Shown here in pieces: positions 53,369 through 60,858 of a stretch of 60,858 nt of DNA (its first letter is position 1; the number at the start of each line of letters is the position of its first letter). The notes below the pieces were generated by a model that saw only the letters and a program-made list of their open reading frames with translations, was not told where the DNA came from and ran no database searches. Both the position numbers and the translations under genes were made by a program. This stretch comes from Euryarchaeota archaeon UBA125 (GTDB taxonomy: Archaea > Thermoplasmatota > Poseidoniia > Poseidoniales > Thalassarchaeaceae). Location of the stretch: the NCBI GenBank assembly GCA_002502625.1, contig DAPV01000022.1, forward strand, positions 1 to 60,858, in the 5' to 3' direction.

Positions 53369-53950
53369 ATGTCTCTTCCATTATCAGTTACCACTATGGT
53401 GATGCCAATGGATCCAAATATCACGACTTTGACCGGGAGTACCTCCCCTCCTCCAGTCATAATTCCTATGGAAGATGAACCACATGTAATTACGAAAATA
53501 ATTGGCATTAGTATAATGTGTATTGGGGGAATGCAGATGGTTGGCTCATTATTTTCATTTGGTACTATCGGATTGAATAATTGGCTTGAGTCGTCTATGG
53601 GCCCAGAAGTAGGAGACGCTTTGCTACCCTCTTGGTTTTATGCTGCCACGGGTTTAGTAGCATTAGTTGCAGGTGCTATTTTTTTGTACTCTGGTTATCA
53701 GGTTCAAACATATCAGAAAAAAGGTATTTGGATTACACTCGGAGCCGTTTTAGGTTCAAATTTTGCGAATCTTATCATTAATTTGTCCGTAGAATACCCT
53801 CAAGCTGATACTGAGGTATTTCCTGGTTCAGGAATAGATGTTCAATTATTATCTCAGGGGACTGCGGCACTAGGTTCTATCTGCGGGATGTTCTTTTGTG
53901 GGATTATCACGGTCCTGCCTCTTTTCTTTGCGAATCATGGACTACGTTGA
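53369..53950 (+). CDS. membrane protein, unknown function
   Basis: Four predicted TM helices. Lies 4 nt after the preceding gene. Confidence 0.45.
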   Translation: MSLPLSVTTMVMPMDPNITTLTGSTSPPPVIIPMEDEPHVITKIIGISIMCIGGMQMVGSLFSFGTIGLNNWLESSMGPEVGDALLPSWFYAATGLVALVAGAIFLYSGYQVQTYQKKGIWITLGAVLGSNFANLIINLSVEYPQADTEVFPGSGIDVQLLSQGTAALGSICGMFFCGIITVLPLFFANHGLR

Positions 53951-55033
53951 TTATGATCTCTTTCTGTCATCAATTTGTAGTCCAGGATTACCTGAACGAA
54001 TACGCATCCATCCTTTCATGACCCCTAATCCATACGACCAATGAAGGGTGAATGTCATCAATGGGGCAGCTATAATTGTAAAAATAGATCGAGATGGAGA
54101 GGTTCCTAGGAGTGCTCCTGCCCAACATATTGCTATGTAAGAAGAGATAATCCCTAGAGATCCATGAAATAGAATCCTTGGAGTATCCCAATCCCCATCA
54201 AATGTAAACCAGAGTGAACTTTCTGCTCCTCCACTTAATGCTCCATAAATCAGAGCACTTATTCCGATTATCGAAAGTAATGGAAACATTCCTACAGCTG
54301 AATGTGACCATGATCTCATTTCGGGATGGATATTACTTGCTAAAATTCTAACCAAGCCATAATTTCCGATTTGTTTTCTTACTCTAGACGGTCCTCTCCT
54401 TCGATGCCACATTATAGCAGTTCCATCTTGCCAAAGTTTGTGACCTGCTTTACGAATCCTGTAATCTAACATTGCATCCTCGCATCCTATTGCTCCGTTA
54501 TCGAATCCTTCAACTGATTCCAAAATAGTACGGCGATATGCTGCATTTACTCCAGGAAGTTGTTCTACCTCTTCTAATTCACCTTGTGCACGATTTCCAT
54601 AATTGGTACCTGCTGTGACCCATTTACTACAGAATGTCACATCAATAACTCTCTGCCAGAAGGTTGATTCCTCGGGAGGTGCAAAATTAGGTCCACCAAC
54701 TGCTGCAACTTCTGAACGATCAAACCACCGAATTAAACTCGAAATCCAATTTTTGGGAACGATTACATCATCATCTGTGAAAAACACAAACTCAGATTGA
54801 GTTTGTTTAATTGCTACATTGCAGGCATCTGCCCTAGTTCTCACTCCTCCATCATCGATAAATCGAGCACCAGACGATTCAGAAACATCTCTTCCTTTGT
54901 CATGACTTGGTCCTACGACAACGATTTCCAATTTACCTTCGAAATCTTGTGCTGCTAACCCTCGCAGTACGATTTCTAGTTCTTCGGAGTTGTTCACACT
55001 TGGGATGATGACACATACACTACCATCACCCAT
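53951..55033 (-). CDS. family 2 glycosyltransferase with C-terminal TM domain
   Basis: VIIPSVNNSEELEIVLRGL, FFTDDDVIV (DxD) and C-terminal helices. Confidence 0.8.
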   Translation of the reverse strand: MGDGSVCVIIPSVNNSEELEIVLRGLAAQDFEGKLEIVVVGPSHDKGRDVSESSGARFIDDGGVRTRADACNVAIKQTQSEFVFFTDDDVIVPKNWISSLIRWFDRSEVAAVGGPNFAPPEESTFWQRVIDVTFCSKWVTAGTNYGNRAQGELEEVEQLPGVNAAYRRTILESVEGFDNGAIGCEDAMLDYRIRKAGHKLWQDGTAIMWHRRRGPSRVRKQIGNYGLVRILASNIHPEMRSWSHSAVGMFPLLSIIGISALIYGALSGGAESSLWFTFDGDWDTPRILFHGSLGIISSYIAICWAGALLGTSPSRSIFTIIAAPLMTFTLHWSYGLGVMKGWMRIRSGNPGLQIDDRKRS

Positions 55034-55079
55034 GGCACTCCGAGACAGTTATCCCTCAAGATTTCGACGGATATATTCA

Positions 55080-55832
55080 TCAGATTGTATCATCAATTCT
55101 TGGTGCTAAGAAATATGTGACATTACCTGCTCCATCTGCAATCTCAAAGTTGAGATTTAGAGGGTATTTATCGTCAAAACAAAGCTCTACAGAGCCTACT
55201 GCGCCATCAATAACCTTCACTATTGGTTGAAGATAATTTGTCGAATATGTTGATTTAACCGGTTTTTCAGCAACTAAGTCTTCCAATTGACCTGCTTCAT
55301 GAGAGACAGACACTGAATCTTGATCTCCTTGAACATGTAAATTGAATTGACGCGGGTCGAGGGAAAGAGTCACTAATTCGCCAACTAAACGAGCTGCTTG
55401 TAGTGCTTTATGTAACTTATTTGATGCAATCTTGACCTTACTTTTTAATTCAAGTTCTGGAACCTTTGGATCTTTCATCAAAGTGTGATCAATCGGCCTT
55501 ATTGAACGATCTACTTCTCCGACCTTGATATCGAATTGTCCAACAGATGCATCATAACTAACATCGACTAAATCGTCAGGTCCTGCTAACTTAAGCAAAT
55601 CTCGAAGTTTAGATAATTCAATTGCAATGATTGTCTCTTCAACATCCCATGTTTCAAACGCCGCAGCATCAACATGCATTTTGATTAGAGCAACATGGCT
55701 AGCATCTACAACGTTAATATCCAATCCATCGGCGGAAAAACGCATTCTAGCTTCGTCGACAATTACGCTGAGAACATCAACAATTGTTCTCATGGTTTCT
55801 GGTCTAGCAGTGAACTGTAGCATGTGTATCAA
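55080..55832 (-). CDS. pcn: DNA polymerase sliding clamp PCNA
   Basis: 250 aa with a two-domain PCNA pattern (F.A......R.IVD.L..IVDEA...F...GL......D..HVAL). Sits in archaeal context next to TFS. Confidence 0.88.
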   Translation of the reverse strand: MIHMLQFTARPETMRTIVDVLSVIVDEARMRFSADGLDINVVDASHVALIKMHVDAAAFETWDVEETIIAIELSKLRDLLKLAGPDDLVDVSYDASVGQFDIKVGEVDRSIRPIDHTLMKDPKVPELELKSKVKIASNKLHKALQAARLVGELVTLSLDPRQFNLHVQGDQDSVSVSHEAGQLEDLVAEKPVKSTYSTNYLQPIVKVIDGAVGSVELCFDDKYPLNLNFEIADGAGNVTYFLAPRIDDTI

Positions 55833-55906
55833 ACCCCTTACAGAATTGAGGGTGCTTAAATGGGTCCAAAAGGGTTCGTGGTCAAAATTTCGTAAATTTA
55901 GTGCAA

Positions 55907-56284
55907 TTAAGCATAATCTCGGAACTTATGGCCACAATCTGCACAGGTTCCAATTTTAGTCTCCGGTTCGTCCGAACTTCGTGTTTGCATCATCACAACG
56001 TATACTTTCTGACTATCACATTTTGGACACATCATTGCTCCTTCCATTAGTACACCTTGTCCTCCAGTGTCCGCAATGGACTCATTGAGATGTTTTAGAT
56101 CGGTTGCAGTAGATTTGGAACTCGCATTCACCAAATCGATTTCATTCCCTGCTTCATCTTTCAAGACTCCACCTTTACCATCTGCACCTTTTAAGCTACC
56201 TTCGTACCCACAATTATGATCTGGACATTTGATATTCCCAGAAGGGTCAGGAAAGGAAAGGGCACCACATACAGGACAGAACAT
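55907..56284 (-). CDS. tfs: transcription factor S (TFIIS/RpoM-like)
   Basis: N-terminal Zn ribbon MFCPVCG...CPDHNCG. C-terminal ribbon CPKCDSQKVYVVMMQTRSSDEPETKIGTCADCGHKF carries the acidic QTRS(A/S)DEP hairpin. Start moved to 56284. Confidence 0.85.
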   Translation of the reverse strand: MFCPVCGALSFPDPSGNIKCPDHNCGYEGSLKGADGKGGVLKDEAGNEIDLVNASSKSTATDLKHLNESIADTGGQGVLMEGAMMCPKCDSQKVYVVMMQTRSSDEPETKIGTCADCGHKFRDYA

Positions 56285-56379
56285 CTTAATCACCACATAG
56301 TCCGAATAACACGGAATAGTCAGAGGAACTATAACGCGCATAAGAAGTTACGTATTTTAACACGTACTTTGAAGCGTAA

Positions 56380-56754
56380 TCATACTATGATTATTGATGT
56401 GCATTTCCATCCAATTAATGCTAATATTGGACCAATCAATGCAGTAGATCCAAGGTATAATGTTGCTGAAATCCATTGAGATTCGTCAATTAACTTTACT
56501 AAATCTAAACTGAATGTACTCATTGTAGTAAAGGCGCCTAGAATTCCAGTGCCAAGCAAAAGTAGTAATTCATCCGAAATCACCCCTGTACCGTGCAAGC
56601 CACCTGCAATGATGCCAAGAAGTAAAGAGCCAGTGAGATTGATTGCCAAAGTGGACCAATGTGAATCAATTGGTAATATGGTTGTTGTAAGATAACGTGC
56701 AACTGCCCCTAATGCTCCACCAACTGCTACTAGGAGAAGGGCTCGTCCATCCAT
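56380..56754 (-). CDS. crcB: fluoride channel CrcB/Fluc
   Basis: 124 aa, four TM helices, with GGALGAVARY and GAFTTMSTF motifs. Confidence 0.85.
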   Translation of the reverse strand: MDGRALLLVAVGGALGAVARYLTTTILPIDSHWSTLAINLTGSLLLGIIAGGLHGTGVISDELLLLLGTGILGAFTTMSTFSLDLVKLIDESQWISATLYLGSTALIGPILALIGWKCTSIIIV

Positions 56755-56841
56755 GTCTTCACCACTATAATCTACCCAAAAGTCTCTTCCAGGTCTAGTT
56801 TATCCGTGGACTTCATCTTAGAAAACCTTCTCGAGTAGGTT

Positions 56842-57843
56842 ATGGAACTGTACTGGGATTGGCGCATGGCTCGTCTCATCGATGAATCTGGTTCCGTAGT
56901 GGATGAGGCTATTTGGGATGGGATTAGATCTCCAGGTGCTGTTGCAGACAGATTAGAGAAAATGCGAGAAAATCGAATGACTACAGAAGCAAGAGAACTT
57001 GCAGACAGATTTCCAGAATCAGTTGCAATTCCAAGTGCCCCAGAAGGATGGCCTGATTTACAAAAAGAAGATATTGTACTGATGGAACAAGCAGCTTTGA
57101 TTCTAGCTCGTAGAGGGATTGCACAAGCAGCGGGAGATGGAGATAGAAGACTGGAACATCTCGTTCATTCTGTTGATGAGTTACGGAGTGCTTGGACCAC
57201 AATGGAGTCTAGGGTGGTAGAATGGGCTGGATTATTTTTAATCGATCTAGATCTAGATTCAGAACGAAAATCTATCCCCAAAGCAATTGCTTCGGCTGAA
57301 AATTTCAGCACATTGGTCAGTAATTTAGAACTTGAAAACCCTCTCTTTAGCCCCTCGAATGAAGAATGGTCGGCAATACATGGTTCTGCAGTTACTGCAG
57401 TTGAAATGTCTGCAAGGATAAATGAAACAGAAACAGCAATTAGGAATCAAGTTGAGGATTATCTTCCATCTTTATCCTTGCTTTTAGGCCCTCTACTTGC
57501 TGCAAGATTATGCGTCGCATCTCATGGTAGATCTCGACTTGCTCGCCTTCCTAGTAGTACTGTACAAGTCTTAGGGGCTGAAAAAGCATTCTTTGCCCAT
57601 CTTAGAACTGGTTCTCCTCCTCCAAAGCATGGTATGATTTTCCAACATCCTTGGATTTCCAGATCTCCTCGATGGGTCAGAGGAAAGATTTCACGTATGT
57701 TAGCTGGTAAGGCATCAATAGCAGTACGAATCGATGAACATGGGGGTACACCATGGACTCAAGAAAATATCTCAGAGATAGAAAAATCGGTAAATTCTAT
57801 TCGCACACGTCATCCTAAACCGCCTTCAAAAAAAGGGAGATGA
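56842..57843 (+). CDS. nop5: C/D box sRNP core protein Nop5 (Nop56/58)
   Basis: NOSIC/Nop domain: LGAEKAFFAHLRTGSPPPKHGMIFQHP. Directly upstream of fibrillarin, as is usual in archaea. Confidence 0.85.
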   Translation: MELYWDWRMARLIDESGSVVDEAIWDGIRSPGAVADRLEKMRENRMTTEARELADRFPESVAIPSAPEGWPDLQKEDIVLMEQAALILARRGIAQAAGDGDRRLEHLVHSVDELRSAWTTMESRVVEWAGLFLIDLDLDSERKSIPKAIASAENFSTLVSNLELENPLFSPSNEEWSAIHGSAVTAVEMSARINETETAIRNQVEDYLPSLSLLLGPLLAARLCVASHGRSRLARLPSSTVQVLGAEKAFFAHLRTGSPPPKHGMIFQHPWISRSPRWVRGKISRMLAGKASIAVRIDEHGGTPWTQENISEIEKSVNSIRTRHPKPPSKKGR

Positions 57844-57847
57844 TTGA

Positions 57848-58555
57848 ATGGCTAAGACCGTTAATTCAGGTTCAATTGGTTGGGGCGTTATGCGTCAAGG
57901 TCGAGGACTTTGGAGTCGTAATGCTGTCAAAGGCGAACAAGTAAGAGATGAACGACTTCGCAGAGATGGAAAAATAGAATGGAGATCATGGAATCCAAGA
58001 TCCTCTAAGTTAGGAGCAGCAATAATTCGAACTTCAGGAGATGCCCAGATTCTTCTTCCAGAACCTGGTTCTAACGTTCTTTACATTGGGGCAGGACATG
58101 GAACTACAATTTCCCATCTTCATGATCATGTATGTGGTTCTGGAAATCATCATGCAGGTTCAATTGTTTCTGTAGATTTATCAGCACGTTGTATCAGGGA
58201 TCTAATTTCATTAGCAGAAAAAAGACCAGGTATTCTTCCAGTTCTTGCTGATGCACGTCAGTTACATGCTTACTCTATTTTTCTTCCAAATCGAGTCCCA
58301 TGGATTCTCCAAGATGTCTCTCAAGCGGGTCAAGTAGAATTGATGCTCAAAGTATGCAATCGATTTTTGAGCCAAAATGGTATTGCTCTTTTATCCCTGA
58401 AAGCAGCTTCTGAAAGATGGACTGATGGTGGCGATGAAGCACGGTTTTCAGATGCAGAATCAAAAATAGCAGAATCAAAAATGAAACTTGTTGAACGTAT
58501 TGATCTTAGGGGATTAGAAGATCAACATGTCATGTATGTGCTTAGGCCACAATAG
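57848..58555 (+). CDS. flpA: fibrillarin-like rRNA/tRNA 2'-O-methyltransferase
   Basis: WNPRSSKLGAAI, SAM motif VLYIGAGHGTTISHL and ADAR. Confidence 0.9.
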   Translation: MAKTVNSGSIGWGVMRQGRGLWSRNAVKGEQVRDERLRRDGKIEWRSWNPRSSKLGAAIIRTSGDAQILLPEPGSNVLYIGAGHGTTISHLHDHVCGSGNHHAGSIVSVDLSARCIRDLISLAEKRPGILPVLADARQLHAYSIFLPNRVPWILQDVSQAGQVELMLKVCNRFLSQNGIALLSLKAASERWTDGGDEARFSDAESKIAESKMKLVERIDLRGLEDQHVMYVLRPQ

Positions 58556-58566
58556 AAGTGATTCAT

Positions 58567-59466
58567 ATGCCTGAACTCCCAGAGGTAGAAACGGTTCGGC
58601 GTGGTCTTTCTCCTCATTTAGAGGGAAATCGGATTGAGAAAATTGAGATTCGAAGACCTGATTTGCGCTTTCCTTTTCCTCCAGATATTGTTGGAGAATT
58701 GACAGGGCAAATCATTAGTGAAGTTGATCGCAGGGGGAAGTATTTGTTATTCAGAATGGAGAATAATTCAATTTTGCTTAATTCATTAGGTATGAGTGGT
58801 CGTTGGACATTGACAGGAGGAAAAGTATCTTTCACTCCAGGAACTTTTGCTCACGGGGCTGCAATAGGAACTGGGGATGGACCCCATGATCATCTTGTAA
58901 TTGATTTTCATAATGGATTACGGGCAACCTACACTGATGCTAGACGATTTGGTTATATTCACCTAATTAAATCAGGAATTTCTGAGGATGAAGATAGATT
59001 TCTACGCGTACTTGGTCCAGAACCATTAGAACCAAATTTTGATGCTACAATATTGGCACAAAATCTTCGGAATAGAAATTCACCAATCAAGAATACGTTG
59101 TTAGATCAAAGTGTTGTGGTAGGTCTAGGAAATATCTATGTCAATGAAGTTCTCAATCGTTCTGGTGTTTCTCCTCGTCGAATTTCTTCTTCATTAGTAA
59201 AGAAAAATGGGAAACCGGGCACTCAATTAGAATTAATTGTCGATCAAATTAGAGAAGTTCTTTCTGAAGCTATAGATGCAGGTGGCTCCACACTCCAAGA
59301 TTTTCGTGGTGTTTCAGGAGATGATGATTTAGGTTGGTTTCCTGTAAATTTTAGAGTATATGGGAGAGAAGGTGAAGTGTGCCTCAAACCGGGATGTTCG
59401 GGAGTTGTTAGAAGAATAGTCCAGTCTAACCGTTCTACATTTTATTGCGCGAGATGTCAAAGATAA
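58567..59466 (+). CDS. mutM: formamidopyrimidine-DNA glycosylase (Fpg/MutM family)
   Basis: The N-terminus MPELPEVE has the catalytic Pro2/Glu3. It also has an H2TH region and a C-terminal zinc finger CLKPGCSG...YCARCQ. Confidence 0.9.
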   Translation: MPELPEVETVRRGLSPHLEGNRIEKIEIRRPDLRFPFPPDIVGELTGQIISEVDRRGKYLLFRMENNSILLNSLGMSGRWTLTGGKVSFTPGTFAHGAAIGTGDGPHDHLVIDFHNGLRATYTDARRFGYIHLIKSGISEDEDRFLRVLGPEPLEPNFDATILAQNLRNRNSPIKNTLLDQSVVVGLGNIYVNEVLNRSGVSPRRISSSLVKKNGKPGTQLELIVDQIREVLSEAIDAGGSTLQDFRGVSGDDDLGWFPVNFRVYGREGEVCLKPGCSGVVRRIVQSNRSTFYCARCQR

Positions 59467-59532
59467 GAAAACCGTACTTCTTCTTTCTTTAGGACATCAA
59501 TAGTTAAGTTTACAATTTCTCGGAGACGTTCT

Positions 59533-60189
59533 ATGACTACACCTACATCGAGTGCAAAGATGGCTTCCGAGTTCATTGGAACCTTCTTTTTGACTATGAC
59601 TATATTTATTGCCGCAGTTCTTGGTTCAGGGGGTTCCCTAGCACCATTTGGTATTGCAGCAACTCTCATGGTGATGATTTATGCATTAGGCCATATTTCT
59701 GGAGCACATTTTAATCCAGCAGTATCTATTGGTTTATTTCTAAGGGGGGCTTGTTCCAAAGACGATCTCCCGTTATACCTCGCTGCTCAATTAGCAGCAG
59801 GCGTAGTTGCTGGATTAATTGGAGTCAATCTTTTTTCCGGTGATGTAACAATCACTGCATTTGAATTCTCGGAAGTATCTAATTCTGTACTCGCAGCAGA
59901 GTTTTTGTTTACTTTTGCGTTGATGTTTGTCATTCTTCATGTTGCAACTGAGCAAGCTGGTAATCCATTCTACGGTGCTGCAATCGCATTCACAGTTTTG
60001 GCAGGAGCTATTACTGTAGGTGGAATTTCTGGAGGTTCATTCAATCCTGCAGTTACCTCTATGTTGATGGTTACTGGGAAATTAGCAGTTGCAGATTGTT
60101 GGATGCATTTTCTTCCTCAATTGGTAGGTGCGATTGCAGCAGTCTATGCATATCGATTCACAATGACTAGTGAAGAAGCAGAAGAGTAA
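59533..60189 (+). CDS. aquaporin (MIP family)
   Basis: Two NPA boxes (HFNPAVS, SFNPAVT) and six TM helices. Confidence 0.9.
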   Translation: MTTPTSSAKMASEFIGTFFLTMTIFIAAVLGSGGSLAPFGIAATLMVMIYALGHISGAHFNPAVSIGLFLRGACSKDDLPLYLAAQLAAGVVAGLIGVNLFSGDVTITAFEFSEVSNSVLAAEFLFTFALMFVILHVATEQAGNPFYGAAIAFTVLAGAITVGGISGGSFNPAVTSMLMVTGKLAVADCWMHFLPQLVGAIAAVYAYRFTMTSEEAEE

Positions 60190-60858
60190 TCACATATTTC
60201 GACGGAATTTACCGCCTGTTTCGAATAATGCATTGGTAACTTGTCCGACGGTACAGTGTTCAACTATTTCCATCATTACTGAGAATAGATTTTCTCCATT
60301 ACGTGCTGCCTTTTTTAATTTCTGGAGGCCCTCTTCAGCTGCTTCAGAATGTTTTTCTTGGAAATCTCTATTTCTTTCAATTACCATTTTCTTTTCTTCT
60401 TCATCAGATCTAGTAACGTCCATGTCAAATGCATCTGCATTATCTGCTGTGAGGGCTTCAGCATCAGGATCAGTGAATGTATTTACGCCAATGATAGGTA
60501 GAGATCCATCGTGTTTTTTATGCTCATATAACATTGATTCATCTTGAATTCTATTTCTTTGATAATTTACTTCCAATGAACCAAGAACCCCTCCTCTACG
60601 ATGCATTTCTTCAAACACCTTGAGAATTTCTTCTTCCACATGATCAGTGAGCCATTCGGCAATGAACGATCCTTGAAGGGGATTTTCATTCTGTAACCAA
60701 CCATATTCTCTACTTAGAATTAGTTGGATTGCCACGGCATCTCTGACGGTTTCCTCGGTTGGTGTTCCGAAGGCTTCGTCTCTACTATTGGTATGTAGGG
60801 AATTGGCATTGTCAGCTAATGCATATAGTGCCTGCATAGTTGTACGATAGTCATTCCA
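60190..60858 (-). CDS. methylmalonyl-CoA mutase-family catalytic subunit, C-terminal part (5' end outside window)
   Basis: The reading frame stays open to base 60858 (WNDYRTTMQALYA...). LHTNSRDEA, TEETVRDAVAIQLIL, NPLQGSFIAEWLT and GGVLGSLE are typical of the MCM/ICM alpha TIM-barrel end. Confidence 0.85.
   Translation of the reverse strand, partial: WNDYRTTMQALYALADNANSLHTNSRDEAFGTPTEETVRDAVAIQLILSREYGWLQNENPLQGSFIAEWLTDHVEEEILKVFEEMHRRGGVLGSLEVNYQRNRIQDESMLYEHKKHDGSLPIIGVNTFTDPDAEALTADNADAFDMDVTRSDEEEKKMVIERNRDFQEKHSEAAEEGLQKLKKAARNGENLFSVMMEIVEHCTVGQVTNALFETGGKFRRNM

Noticed and set aside
56755-56841. Possible fluoride riboswitch upstream of crcB
   Set aside because: The minus-strand leader shows none of the conserved crcB-motif elements or pseudoknot pairing that I can recall. 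The spacer is AT-rich and only 87 nt.
1-60858. CRISPR arrays, rRNA genes, transposases/integrases, prophage blocks
   Set aside because: I found no regularly spaced direct repeats, no rRNA-like conserved stretches and no DDE/tyrosine-recombinase-like ORFs. tRNA-Gly at 49760-49834 has no flanking direct repeat or integrase.

Overview
Dense, low-G+C archaeal chromosomal segment of about 54 genes, with GGAGGTGA-type Shine-Dalgarno sites before many starts. Archaeal identity rests on Orc1/Cdc6, PCNA, TFS, Nop5 plus fibrillarin, Bud32, archaeal-type PPAT/DUF359 CoA enzymes and a FlaI-family ATPase. The mix with bacterial-type FabI, AccC, Fpg, an aquaporin and a giant surface protein suggests an uncultured marine planktonic euryarchaeote (MGII/Poseidoniales-like); that is inference only. 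Housekeeping content includes pyrBI, nadA, an ITPase, two ABC systems, two GT2 glycosyltransferases, crcB, tRNA-Gly(UCC) and a partial methylmalonyl-CoA mutase. The main candidate system is an operon at 39.5-49.5 kb: FabI, a 2846-aa type I megasynthase (KS-AT-ACP-like-KS-ACP-ACP-KR-DH with PUFA-synthase-type LGIDSIK carrier domains) and an Sfp-type phosphopantetheinyl transferase. That is a self-contained ACP-dependent reducing acyl-chain synthase, flanked on both sides by archaeal information-processing genes. Other items worth a second look: a roughly 300-nt G+C-rich intergenic island with G-U-supported helices (unassigned structured RNA); an Epd/Tad-like type IV pilus locus with a split platform protein; a divergent wHTH gene trio around a repeat-rich AT-rich spacer; and a very divergent TBP-fold protein translationally coupled behind a 1909-aa surface protein. 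No CRISPR array, rRNA, transposase or integrase was seen.
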